Numbered from the stretch's first letter, positions 9,413 through 18,804 are shown. The stretch: 64,000 nt of DNA from an uncultured Oscillospiraceae bacterium (GCA_964607135.1 CAZSIV010000002.1:45347-109346); one strand, 5' to 3'. Program-made: numbers and translations. The notes: a model not told the origin generated them from the letters alone.

Positions 9413-9746
9413 ATATATCATCCCACGGGAGCTGGACAGCAAGACGCAGATTAAAGCGTCTTTGACGCTATCCGATTTCCTGTTTCTGGCGGCGGTATTA
9501 ATGTCTGCGTTTCTGGTAAAGGATTTGGTGCATTCAAGCCTGTTTCTTTTTTACCTTGGTTTTATCTTTATTACAGGCGTAATTCTCATCATTCCCGCCG
9601 GTTCTAGAAATCCAGACAAACGATTTTACCATCAAATCCTTTTGATTGTTATGAAAAACCGTGGTACCGTTTACTCTATTACTGATCCTTTGGAGGTGAA
9701 TCAGAACGATGAAAGCGAAACCAAAAATACAGCAGCAGGTGGTTGA
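9387..9746 (+). CDS. PrgI/VirB3-like small membrane protein
   Basis: 119 aa with two adjacent TM helices. GTG start after AAAGGAGGT. Overlaps the VirB4 start, as is typical for VirB3-VirB4 pairs. Confidence 0.6.
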   Translation: MAAINRNLEYIIPRELDSKTQIKASLTLSDFLFLAAVLMSAFLVKDLVHSSLFLFYLGFIFITGVILIIPAGSRNPDKRFYHQILLIVMKNRGTVYSITDPLEVNQNDESETKNTAAGG

Positions 9747-12150
9747 ATATATCCCGATTGCCGATTACACCGATTTCGGGGCGTTTTCCCTACGTGGGGG
9801 AGGATATCTGGATTTACTGCAAATTGTCTGCAAAGACCTAAACTCAATCAAGGACTACGATCTGGAGTTTGATATCATGGGCTTTTCAGGGCTTTACAAG
9901 ACCTATGCCGACGATATTAAAATCATTACTATGAATTATCCGGTCAACGTCCGTTCCCAGGAATCCTATTGCCGCCGGTTACAGGAGCGAACAGAAAATC
10001 CGGCGTGCAGAGATGATCTTGACGGTGAGATCGAAAAACTGGAATATGCTCATGAGAATTTCCACGAACGTGAATTTTACCTCATGTTTTTCTCAAAGAA
10101 TATGGAAGTTTATCGTCAGAACTTAACCAGGATCAAAACATATATCGGGCGCGGCGGCTGTGTTGCGGAGATGGAGCTGAACAAAAAAATTCAGATTCTC
10201 CGCAAGATGACGAATATGAACATGAATATTGCGGTTGATAAAGAGCCGGACTATATCCCACAGGGAATCCCGAAGGGGATGAAGTACAACCCATGGCTGG
10301 TCTACCAGCTCCAGCCGCAGGGGAATATGAGCTTCATCGATCCACGCATTACCAAAAAAGGCGACGGCTACGAGGCGTGTATCCACGTTTACGACTATAA
10401 GGATCGCGTCGGATTTAACTGGCTGTCCGAGGTAACTCTATATGAGGACACTATCGCAACGGTGGATATATCAACGGCCAACCGACACGACGCGATCCGG
10501 AATATCAACCGGAGTATGGGAGAACAGATGTCCCGATATTATGACGCTCGCAACCGCGTGGAACAGATTAACGCCGAAACGATCCACGGACAGCTTGAAG
10601 CGGTCTATCGAGAGATGCAGTCGATGGGCGAAGTAATTAAGGTGACCAGCGTAAGGATTTACGTTTTTGCCCGAGCACAGGCCGAGCTTGAAAAACGACT
10701 GGGGGAAATCATAGACGAGCTGGAGAATCAGGGATATCACGCAGCGGTCTTTCTGGATGAAAATGAATACGAGTGGCGTTCCTTATTTCTGCCCTTTAAA
10801 GAGCAGAAAAAGCTGCATAACCATCGCACTGGTCGATCAATTCCATCCGAATCCGTCGCCGCGGGCCATCCGTTCCACTTTTCTTCGTTGGACGATCCAT
10901 GCGGTTATTATTTCGGCATGACAAAGACTGCGGGCGCAGTACGGCTTGACCGTTATCAGAAAGACCGAAACCGGCTGTCTTACAGCGGCGTTGTTGTCGG
11001 CAACATGCGTTCCGGGAAATCGACGCTGCTCAAACGCTGCGTAAAACTAGATACGATTTCAGGCAATTTTGTGCGCGGTTACGCGACCAATGACGAGTTT
11101 GATCCACTGATCGAGTATTACGGCGGGACTTCGATCAATCTAGACGGTTCAGACGGCTTTCTCAATCTGCTTCAGGTCTATCGGACGAGTGAAACGGAAA
11201 CCGCTTCTTTTATGAAGCACGTCGCAAAGATAAGCACCTTTTACCGCTTCCTGGTGCCGGAATGCACCACATATGATATTGCCGAACTGGAGCAGCTGAT
11301 TAAAAAGCTTTATAAAATCCACATGGGATATGACGAAAACAGCGATACGCAGATTACCGGGCTTACACCAGAGGAATACCCAATTTTATCCGATTTGCTG
11401 CAAATCGTCCGGGAGGAGCTATACAGCGACCCGGTAAAGAAAAAGGTAAAATCGGGCTTGTCTGACGAGCATTTCAAACGGGTTGAAAACATTGAACTGG
11501 TGTTGTCAAACCTGATCGACGTTTACGGACACATTTTTAATGGGCACTCCTCCATCCGGGATTTCTCTGGAGAGCAACTTGTGTTTTTCAATGTCGCCAA
11601 CTTAAAGCAGTATGGCGACAATATCTTTGACGCGCAGCTTTTCAGTTCGTTTTCCTTGCTGTGGGATAATCTGATCGCAGTGGGCGCGGAGCAAAAGGAA
11701 CGCTTTGACCGGGGACAGCTTCAACCGTCGGAAGCAAGAAAGTTTATGATCTATATGGATGAGGCGCACAACTTTATCAATGCCAGAAAACTCACGGCGG
11801 TGACGACCTTAAACGAGTACATGCGGGAATCGCCTAAGTTTTTCGGCGGCATTGTTTTCGCCTCGCAGCGGATTACTGACTTTATTCCTGAAGGGAGCGC
11901 GTCGGCCGGTGTAGATGCGATTAAAAATCTGTTTTCGCTGGCGCAGTATAAATATCTGTTCCGCCAGGGCTCAGAAAGCCATAACGTTTTACGCGACGCG
12001 TTCCGCGGCGAATTGCCGGAAGCGGATTTAGAGGCTTTGCCAACTTTCGATCAGGGCGAGTGCGTATTGATTATCTCCGGTCTGCAAAGTCTGCGCTTCA
12101 AGGTGGATGTAACGCCGCAGGAGCTTGAACTGTTCGCGGGTGGTGCTTAA
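9709..12150 (+). CDS. VirB4-family conjugal transfer ATPase
   Basis: 813 aa with Walker A GNMRSGKST and Walker B MIYMDEAHNF. Confidence 0.85.
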   Translation: MKAKPKIQQQVVEYIPIADYTDFGAFSLRGGGYLDLLQIVCKDLNSIKDYDLEFDIMGFSGLYKTYADDIKIITMNYPVNVRSQESYCRRLQERTENPACRDDLDGEIEKLEYAHENFHEREFYLMFFSKNMEVYRQNLTRIKTYIGRGGCVAEMELNKKIQILRKMTNMNMNIAVDKEPDYIPQGIPKGMKYNPWLVYQLQPQGNMSFIDPRITKKGDGYEACIHVYDYKDRVGFNWLSEVTLYEDTIATVDISTANRHDAIRNINRSMGEQMSRYYDARNRVEQINAETIHGQLEAVYREMQSMGEVIKVTSVRIYVFARAQAELEKRLGEIIDELENQGYHAAVFLDENEYEWRSLFLPFKEQKKLHNHRTGRSIPSESVAAGHPFHFSSLDDPCGYYFGMTKTAGAVRLDRYQKDRNRLSYSGVVVGNMRSGKSTLLKRCVKLDTISGNFVRGYATNDEFDPLIEYYGGTSINLDGSDGFLNLLQVYRTSETETASFMKHVAKISTFYRFLVPECTTYDIAELEQLIKKLYKIHMGYDENSDTQITGLTPEEYPILSDLLQIVREELYSDPVKKKVKSGLSDEHFKRVENIELVLSNLIDVYGHIFNGHSSIRDFSGEQLVFFNVANLKQYGDNIFDAQLFSSFSLLWDNLIAVGAEQKERFDRGQLQPSEARKFMIYMDEAHNFINARKLTAVTTLNEYMRESPKFFGGIVFASQRITDFIPEGSASAGVDAIKNLFSLAQYKYLFRQGSESHNVLRDAFRGELPEADLEALPTFDQGECVLIISGLQSLRFKVDVTPQELELFAGGA

Positions 12151-12153
12151 CAT

Positions 12154-13248
12154 ATGGCAGAATCATCACAGGCAAAGCGAATGGCAAAGGAGCTGGGAAA
12201 AGGAGCATATAAGGCAGGAAAAGTCGCTGGGAAAAAGGCGGGACGGTTACTTGTAAAGATTTTAAAGTGGACTGCCCCTGCCTGGGGCGGCGGTCTCCTA
12301 ATATTGATCCTGATCGCGGGCGTGATCGGCGCACTGCTTGGCGGAAACACCTCACAGGAATACGATCCAACGCCTGTCGCTTCCGCCGTGCGGAAATATG
12401 AGCAGGTTGTTCTCAAATATGCCGTCGAAAACGGAATAGAGGACTATGTAAACGTTTTACTCGCGATCATGCAGCAAGAAAGCGCAGGAGAAGGGACGGA
12501 CGTGATGCGGTCAAGCGAAAGTCCATTTAATGAACGGTATCCGAAAATTCCCGGATCGATCAAGGAGCCGGAGTATTCTATTGATGTCGGTGTCAAACAC
12601 TTTGCGGAATGTTTGAAACAATCCGGCTGTAGTTCCGTTGACGACGCCGACCTGCTGTCTCTGGCAATTCAAGGGTACAACTTCGGTTCAGAATACATTG
12701 CTTGGGCGCTGGAACGAGATGGAAAATATACACAGGAAAACGCGACTGCCTTTTCTGAACTGAAAGCGCAGGAGTTTGGCTGGGAAAAATATGGCGATCC
12801 ATACTATGTTCCGAAAGTCCTCCAGTATTATATGGAAGATATGGACGCGGAATATATTTATCCTCTCGCCGATCATCACACCATATCTTCCGGATACGGA
12901 TACCGGCAGCTGGAGGGCAGACCCGCGGCATTTCATAAAGGTACAGATTTCCCCGCACCGGCAGGAACGCCGATTCTGGCGTCAGCCGGTGGTACAGTGA
13001 TTGCAAGCGAGTACAACCGCGGAGGCTACGGCTACCGGATCAAGATTCTTCATGCAGACGGGGTTATTACCCATTACGCTCACTGCTCAAAACTGCTGGT
13101 ATCTGCAAATACATATATTACGAAAGGGCAGACCATTGCGTTGGTGGGAAGTACGGGTGACTCTACCGGAAATCACCTTCATATCGAAATGATTATGCCA
13201 GGAAACCGCTATATTGACCCCATGAGCAAAATCGGAAGGATGATTTAA
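12154..13248 (+). CDS. Bifunctional cell-wall hydrolase (lysozyme-like/SLT domain + M23 metallopeptidase), VirB1 analogue
   Basis: N-terminal TM segment, an IMQQESAGEG transglycosylase-type motif, and the M23 motifs HKGTDF and GSTGDSTGNHLHIE. Confidence 0.8.
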   Translation: MAESSQAKRMAKELGKGAYKAGKVAGKKAGRLLVKILKWTAPAWGGGLLILILIAGVIGALLGGNTSQEYDPTPVASAVRKYEQVVLKYAVENGIEDYVNVLLAIMQQESAGEGTDVMRSSESPFNERYPKIPGSIKEPEYSIDVGVKHFAECLKQSGCSSVDDADLLSLAIQGYNFGSEYIAWALERDGKYTQENATAFSELKAQEFGWEKYGDPYYVPKVLQYYMEDMDAEYIYPLADHHTISSGYGYRQLEGRPAAFHKGTDFPAPAGTPILASAGGTVIASEYNRGGYGYRIKILHADGVITHYAHCSKLLVSANTYITKGQTIALVGSTGDSTGNHLHIEMIMPGNRYIDPMSKIGRMI

Positions 13249-13857
13249 TTGAGAAAGATTTTTCTGTGTTTACTCTCTCTGTTCAGCGGGTTACTGATCG
13301 GTTTGACAGCTATATGGCTTCTGCCGGGAAACAGCGCCGATGTGCAGAATACACAGCCTGCTATTGATCTGGCGGAATATAATGCGCTGGTTGACGAGAT
13401 AGAGAGGCTTCGGGAAAAAGGAAGCTCGATCGAAAATCAGCGGCAGGATCATCAGCTTTTAGATGCTGCGAACTCCTTTGTACAGGCGTATTTTACTGTC
13501 AAAGCGGAAAATGGATTTAATTCTTCAGAGTTTTACGAGCGATACAGAATGTATCTGACGGAGTATGGACAATCGCGGCTTGCTCCCTTGAACCCAGAGC
13601 TTGATAAAACAGACAGTATCTCCTATGTTTCAGAAATCATACAAAAAACAGTTTATGTGTCCGAACCCTCCGGTTCCTCGGCAAGGGCGGCAGCGTTGCT
13701 GCGGACTTCAACCAGTGTGGAGGATAACGAACCGACTTATACATTGCAGCTTGTCGTTCTGGATATGAAGAAACAGGCGGATGAAAGCTGGCTGGTGAAC
13801 GATATTCTTATCGACACGAGGCTGCCGGATGAGTATCAATATGCCAGCTTGTTCTAG
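13249..13857 (+). CDS. Membrane-anchored protein, function unknown
   Basis: TTG start directly after the preceding stop codon. N-terminal TM anchor and an extracytoplasmic domain. Confidence 0.45.
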   Translation: MRKIFLCLLSLFSGLLIGLTAIWLLPGNSADVQNTQPAIDLAEYNALVDEIERLREKGSSIENQRQDHQLLDAANSFVQAYFTVKAENGFNSSEFYERYRMYLTEYGQSRLAPLNPELDKTDSISYVSEIIQKTVYVSEPSGSSARAAALLRTSTSVEDNEPTYTLQLVVLDMKKQADESWLVNDILIDTRLPDEYQYASLF

Positions 13858-13917
13858 CATAATATGTGTTGTAATTTGGGCATAATTATGCTATGATATA
13901 TTCAAGGAGATGATTTT

Positions 13918-14181
13918 ATGCCAGAAATCCGCCCGATTGCAGACCTGCGGGATACAGGAAAGATATCGGAGCTTTGCCACCAGAAAGACGAGCCTGTATT
14001 TATAACCAAAAATGGAACAGGTCATTTGGTAATCATGAGCATGGAAGCCTATGAAAAGCAGATGGGTTTGCTCGACGTTTATCGCAAGCTGGGGGCTGCG
14101 GAAAAACAGCTTACAGACGGCGCCCCTCTTCTGAAAGGCTCAGAGGTGTTTCAAAGGCTGAGGGAACGACATGGAAAATAG
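13918..14181 (+). CDS. Phd/YefM-family type II antitoxin
   Basis: IRPIADLRDTGKISELC...PVFITKNGTGHLVIMSMEAYE is a typical Phd/YefM N-domain. Overlaps the downstream toxin gene. Confidence 0.75.
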   Translation: MPEIRPIADLRDTGKISELCHQKDEPVFITKNGTGHLVIMSMEAYEKQMGLLDVYRKLGAAEKQLTDGAPLLKGSEVFQRLRERHGK

Positions 14182-14491
14182 GCTGTATACTCTCTTTTTT
14201 ATGCCGTTGGCTTCTGATGATTTGGAGGAAATCTACACATATGTTTCAGAAAAGCTGGTGGCTCCCGCAGCGGCAGACCATATGCTTGACGAAATTGAAA
14301 ACAAGCTGAATCTGCTTTGCGAATTTCCCGGCCTTGGTGCGGAGTTAAGCGATCCTTATTTAGCTGAGAAGGGATATCATCGTCTGCTTGTAGATAATTA
14401 CTTGATATTTTATCTGATTGATGAAATCGACCGCAAAATAATCGTGATGCGCATCCTTTATGGCGCACGAGATTACCGGGATATTTTATGA
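14171..14491 (+). CDS. ParE/RelE-family type II toxin
   Basis: 106 aa; the YLIFYLIDE...IIVMRILYGARDY C-terminal pattern is typical of ParE/RelE. 11-nt overlap with the antitoxin gene. Confidence 0.75.
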   Translation: MENRLYTLFFMPLASDDLEEIYTYVSEKLVAPAAADHMLDEIENKLNLLCEFPGLGAELSDPYLAEKGYHRLLVDNYLIFYLIDEIDRKIIVMRILYGARDYRDIL

Positions 14492-14493
14492 GA

Positions 14494-14524
14494 AAAAGCC
14501 GCTGATTTTCAGCGGCTTTTTGTT
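14494..14524 (+). terminator. Rho-independent terminator
   Basis: GCCGCTG-loop-CAGCGGC stem followed by TTTTTG. Confidence 0.6.
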
Positions 14525-14612
14525 ATACAATCGATAGGATTCCGAGGATCCGTTCGAAATCTATGATTTCGGTAACGGGTCAGGTTCTTATATTTTTGAA
14601 AGGAGTGTTTCG

Positions 14613-15488
14613 TTGAAACTGAAAACTGTAAAAGACAAGCTCGCCACCGTGCAGAAAAAGGCTGAGGCAGCGGGCAGTCATCAGAGCGCCCGCCGTCAAA
14701 AAATGACGGTTGGGCTTTTTCTTTCGTTCGCAGTTTTAGGGCTTGGATTTTTCCTGACTTCAAAGCTGTGGATGCCTGTCAATATTGCAATTACGCATAC
14801 GCTACCAGGAACATCGGCAAATCTTTCCTCCTATGCCTCTGTTATGATTAAACGCTGGGACTTTGATCAAGGCCAAAATCTCCTGGAGGTTGAGATCGAA
14901 AAGGACGCTGGTGTAACAGGAAGGGATTATTCTTACGCTGTGAATGTCTACGGAGACCAAAACACGAACCAGATTCCGCTGGAGATCACCTACAGTGGGG
15001 AATCGTTCTTTGCAGTACAGGTACCCGATGCGGCAAGATACCGCGAAGTGATTCTTTTGGTGCGTCTGGATATGGGCGGTCAATCCTATGGTACCTATTT
15101 TTACTGTGATATGGAGCAAGCAAATCAAACCAGCATTAAAAAGGATAAGACAGAAGCGGAGTATATGAAACTGAACCTTTTAAGTAAGGCTGATATTAAG
15201 GAACAGGAGGCGCGGACACTACAGGAAGAAAACGAAACGCTGAAAGACCGGATCAAAGAATATAACCAGTCGATTGAGGCGATTCGGGGGGAACAAAGAT
15301 ATCAATCCGGCGAAGAACTGGATCACTCCAATGGACGGATCGAGGAATACACATCCGCTGTCAACGCCTCGGAAAAAACAATCCGCCAAAATGAAGAACG
15401 AATTGCGTTGATCGGGGAGGAAGCCGAAGCAATTCGACAGCGTGCGGAAACGACAGGAGGGGAGCCGGGAGAAAATGAAACGCAGTGA
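14613..15488 (+). CDS. Membrane-anchored protein with C-terminal coiled coil
   Basis: TTG start after GAAAGGAG. One TM segment (residues about 33-55), a beta-rich middle region and an E/K/Q-rich heptad C-terminus. Confidence 0.5.
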   Translation: MKLKTVKDKLATVQKKAEAAGSHQSARRQKMTVGLFLSFAVLGLGFFLTSKLWMPVNIAITHTLPGTSANLSSYASVMIKRWDFDQGQNLLEVEIEKDAGVTGRDYSYAVNVYGDQNTNQIPLEITYSGESFFAVQVPDAARYREVILLVRLDMGGQSYGTYFYCDMEQANQTSIKKDKTEAEYMKLNLLSKADIKEQEARTLQEENETLKDRIKEYNQSIEAIRGEQRYQSGEELDHSNGRIEEYTSAVNASEKTIRQNEERIALIGEEAEAIRQRAETTGGEPGENETQ

Positions 15489-16380
15489 GTTTGAAACACT
15501 CCGGCAGGATCAGGATGAAGTGATCTCCCTCTATACCGGAAATACCCTGAAAATTGAACGCCTGGATTTGGAAAACGGTCTGATCTTTTTACTGGGCGAT
15601 GATTCTATCCGCTTTCAGGATTGCGTCAAAGCAAAGCGGGAGCCTGAAATATTGGGATTTCGTCTTTATAATGGAGTTTATCAGGCGAAGGTGATTGACA
15701 ACGGCGTGCCGTCATGGCACGCCGTTTGTGCGCAGGGAGATCAGTATTATGTCATGATCGGAAACGTTTTAGCGCATGACCGCAGACCGGTACATTTCTC
15801 TCAAAGCGATCTGCGGGAATTTTTAAACTTTGCAGATGAGACGATCTCTCCGCGTTTGTTTGTGGATATGGATGGGACGTTGGCGGTATTTCAGCAGATC
15901 GATCGATTGGAGCAGCTTTATGAAAAAGGATATTTTGCGGATTTGCCGCCGATCCGAAATGCGGTTGACGCAGTACGCGAAATCTGCAATCGTCGCGACT
16001 GCGAAGTATATATCCTTTCAGCGGCTGTTGACAGCCCTTACGCAGTCTCAGAAAAAAATCGGTGGCTCGATCACTTTCTGCCGGAGATACCAGAGGAACA
16101 CCGTATCTTTATCCCATGCGGGGAAAACAAGGCGGAGTATGTTCCGTATGGGATTCGTAAGACCGACGTGCTGCTGGACGACTATACGAAAAATCTATTG
16201 GAGTGGCCGGAAAAAGGAATCAAGCTCTTGAACGGAATCAACCACATCAAAGGCGTATGGCAAGGAGAATGTCTCGACTCTGCACTCCCCCCCGATCAGA
16301 TGGCGGAACAATTACTCAACTGCTTCCAAGGTGTGGAAAGAGGACTGGAACAAGAGGCCGAAGATTACGAAATGGAGTGA
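15475..16380 (+). CDS. Unknown N-domain fused to an NT5C-like HAD 5'(3')-deoxyribonucleotidase domain
   Basis: HAD motif I FVDMDGTLAVF and later LLDDY (motif IV-like). The ORF opens at 15442; the ATG at 15475 has a GGGAGAAA RBS. Confidence 0.6.
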   Translation: MKRSEFETLRQDQDEVISLYTGNTLKIERLDLENGLIFLLGDDSIRFQDCVKAKREPEILGFRLYNGVYQAKVIDNGVPSWHAVCAQGDQYYVMIGNVLAHDRRPVHFSQSDLREFLNFADETISPRLFVDMDGTLAVFQQIDRLEQLYEKGYFADLPPIRNAVDAVREICNRRDCEVYILSAAVDSPYAVSEKNRWLDHFLPEIPEEHRIFIPCGENKAEYVPYGIRKTDVLLDDYTKNLLEWPEKGIKLLNGINHIKGVWQGECLDSALPPDQMAEQLLNCFQGVERGLEQEAEDYEME

Positions 16381-16390
16381 GTAAAAGCTT

Positions 16391-16801
16391 ATGGCAGAGC
16401 AGCGAAATATCATACGAAAAAATTTTGATTTTTCTGAGGAGGAGATCGAACAGCTTGAGACGATCCGAGAAGAACAGGATTGCCCGACCTTGATTTCGGC
16501 TGTACGGTTTCTGATTTCCTTTTACGGGAAGAACAAAGAGCTGACCGGAGAGTTCCAGCGCGATCTGAAGCTGAATAAACGGTACCTGAACGAGCTGCGC
16601 CGAAATGAATTTATCCTCCTTGACCTGCTCAACATTCTGTGCATCCACCTTGATATTTCATCCGTCCCGTCTCACGCTGACCCCCAGAATCATGGGACGG
16701 CATACAGCGACGCCAGAAAGAATCTCAAGCAATATATGCACGAGATTTTCACTCGGAACAGGACGGGCGACCGCGAATTATTGGACGGATTTGACGGATA
16801 A
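16391..16801 (+). CDS. Possible MobC/RHH-like relaxosome accessory protein
   Basis: NFDFSEEEIEQLETIREEQDCPTLISAVRFLI resembles the MobC/ribbon-helix-helix pattern. Lies immediately upstream of a hairpin cluster. Assignment is weak. Confidence 0.35.
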   Translation: MAEQRNIIRKNFDFSEEEIEQLETIREEQDCPTLISAVRFLISFYGKNKELTGEFQRDLKLNKRYLNELRRNEFILLDLLNILCIHLDISSVPSHADPQNHGTAYSDARKNLKQYMHEIFTRNRTGDRELLDGFDG

Positions 16802-16951
16802 GTGCACCCATAAAACACCCGTAAATCCTGCGTTTCACAGGAAAACAAACCCATAAAACACCCATATTTGACACTTTTTATGATATCACGAAAACGCTAG
16901 GCACTGCCTAGACTATCAACATGTTTGATAGCGGTTTTCCTTATGCCCTTT

Positions 16952-17042
16952 TTTCCGTGTTGATCCGCAATCGCGGATCAACACGGAAACCCTTAGCGCA
17001 GACCGCATTGCGGTCTGCGTGAATGGCGGCAGTTATGCCGCC
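16952..17042. other. Three consecutive perfect hairpins (candidate oriT or single-strand origin)
   Basis: H1 16952-16989 has a 17-bp perfect stem with loop AATC. H2 16997-17019 has a 10-bp stem. H3 17025-17042 has a 7-bp stem. The apices are related (CCGCAATCGCGG, CCGCATTGCGG). Confidence 0.45.
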
Positions 17043-17070
17043 GGTTTGATAGAAAGGAGGTGCGGATTGC

Positions 17071-17766
17071 TTGAATATATCGTCTGCAATTATTATAATG
17101 TCTGTATTAACAAGCCTTGCTTATCTTGGTTTTGACTCAGCAATAGGAGGGAAAAATATGGACGTATCGGGATGGATCGCAATTACCGTAGCTTTACTAG
17201 GAATCGCCGGAGGAATCTGGACACAGCTGGTTCAGTTCAAAAAGGATGCAAGAAGGATCGATGATGTAAAGGACAAAATAGGGGAAGCCAGATCAGATGT
17301 AAACGACGTGAAAAATGATGTAGGGGGCGTAAAAAATGACGTGGGAGGTGTAAAGGCTGATGCGAACCTTATGATACCTACTCTGAACCATACCGATGAA
17401 AATGTAAAGAAAATCCGGGATTATGTAATTGAAAAAGTGTATCCGTCCGTTTCTGCAGCGCAGGATAATTCAGAGGAAAATTCCGAAAAGCTTCAACGAC
17501 TGGTCGATGAGCTGAATTATCAGCAGCGGTGCAGACAGGAAGCGTTAAATACGATAGAAAATCGTAATTACTTCGTTGCCGGGATTGATAATCTCTATGA
17601 AAAAAATGCAATGCTCAACCAGAGGGTTACGGAACTGCTGCACGAATGTTCTGTCTGTCAGCAGGAGCTGCACAAGGTGAAACAGGAGAATGTAGAACTG
17701 CGAAAGGAAAAGCTTCAACTTCAAAAACAGCTCCATAGTCTGGATGACAGCTATGAATATGAATAA
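17071..17766 (+). CDS. Membrane protein with short tandem peptide repeats and coiled coil
   Basis: TTG start after GAAAGGAGG. Two N-terminal TM helices, a DVNDVKNDVGGVKNDVGGVKAD repeat and a C-terminal heptad region. Confidence 0.5.
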   Translation: MNISSAIIIMSVLTSLAYLGFDSAIGGKNMDVSGWIAITVALLGIAGGIWTQLVQFKKDARRIDDVKDKIGEARSDVNDVKNDVGGVKNDVGGVKADANLMIPTLNHTDENVKKIRDYVIEKVYPSVSAAQDNSEENSEKLQRLVDELNYQQRCRQEALNTIENRNYFVAGIDNLYEKNAMLNQRVTELLHECSVCQQELHKVKQENVELRKEKLQLQKQLHSLDDSYEYE

Positions 17767-17898
17767 GCGGCTGTGTTGATTAAGGGGGCGGTGGAATAAA
17801 CGTTCGCGGCTTTTCCTGAATACCTGTATAGGATCATTTGATACAAGTTGATATTTTAGCGTAATTATGATAAAATAGTCACAAGAGGTGATTTTACT

Positions 17899-18174
17899 GT
17901 GGATATGAAAATGATTCGTCCCGTTTCCGATTTGAGGAATAACTTTGCGGATATTTCAAAGACTGTCCATGAGACTGCCCAGCCTGTATTTCTCACCAAA
18001 AACGGATACGGCGATATGGTTGTTTTGAGCATGGAGGCATTTGAAAATTTACAGTTTGAGAGCGAAATATATTTTAAGCTCCAGGAGGCGGAGAAAGAAG
18101 CAGGACTGACTGATAAGCGATATTCATCCAAAGAGGTCTTGCAGGCTATGCGGGATTCTATTGAAAGGCAATAA
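17899..18174 (+). CDS. Phd/YefM-family type II antitoxin (second copy)
   Basis: IRPVSDLRNNFADISKTVHETAQPVFLTKNGYGDMVVLSMEAFE is paralogous to the product of 13918-14181. Confidence 0.75.
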   Translation: MDMKMIRPVSDLRNNFADISKTVHETAQPVFLTKNGYGDMVVLSMEAFENLQFESEIYFKLQEAEKEAGLTDKRYSSKEVLQAMRDSIERQ

Positions 18175-18487
18175 AATGTATGAGTTGAAATACCTGCCGG
18201 TTGCCCGACAGGATATGGTAGAAATCGTGGGATATGTCAGCCGCGAATTAAACAATCCAACCGCGGCGGAGAATTTGGCGGTGGAGTTGATTGAGGCCGG
18301 AAATCGCATATCGGAATTTCCGTATGCAAATCCGGCTCATGTATCGATCAGGCCGCTAAAGCGTGAATACAGAAAACTGCTTGTGCGAAATTACCTGATG
18401 TTCTACTGGATAGACGAAGAAAAAAAGCTGGTTACGATATCACGAGTTATTTATGCAAGAAAAGATTATAAAGCTTTGCTGAAATAA
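18161..18487 (+). CDS. ParE/RelE-family type II toxin (second copy)
   Basis: NYLMFYWIDEEKKLVTISRVIYARKDY parallels the first toxin. The ATG at 18176 is an alternative start. Confidence 0.75.
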   Translation: MKGNKMYELKYLPVARQDMVEIVGYVSRELNNPTAAENLAVELIEAGNRISEFPYANPAHVSIRPLKREYRKLLVRNYLMFYWIDEEKKLVTISRVIYARKDYKALLK

Positions 18488-18491
18488 CCTT

Positions 18492-18517
18492 GCCCGGATA
18501 TATATCCGGGCTTTTTG
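18492..18517 (+). terminator. Rho-independent terminator
   Basis: GCCCGGATAT/ATATCCGGGC perfect stem followed by TTTTTG. Confidence 0.6.
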
Positions 18518-18535
18518 CATTTTTAGGAGGGCATT

Positions 18536-18787
18536 ATGAATTTATTGATCCGCGATCTTGAACCCTACGCCGTACAAAAGATCGACGAGTTGGCAAAGCG
18601 GTCTGAGCTGTCCCGAAACACCTATTTAAAACGACTGATCGAATCAGCGTCCGTGATCGACGAGCTGCGCGATCAGGAGGAACGATATGCCAGGCTTGTC
18701 GAAATGCTTTCCGGCGTTATCAGTGAAAATACAATCGTTATGGAAAAGATTTCTCAGCTCGCAGGCTATGGTCGGAGATATGAATAA
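18536..18787 (+). CDS. Ribbon-helix-helix protein, likely relaxosome accessory factor
   Basis: MNLLIRDLEPYAVQKIDELAKRSELSRNTYLKRLIE shows the RHH strand-helix-helix pattern. Lies directly upstream of the relaxase gene. Confidence 0.6.
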   Translation: MNLLIRDLEPYAVQKIDELAKRSELSRNTYLKRLIESASVIDELRDQEERYARLVEMLSGVISENTIVMEKISQLAGYGRRYE

Positions 18788-18804
18788 AGAAAGGAGCAAA
18801 CCGT

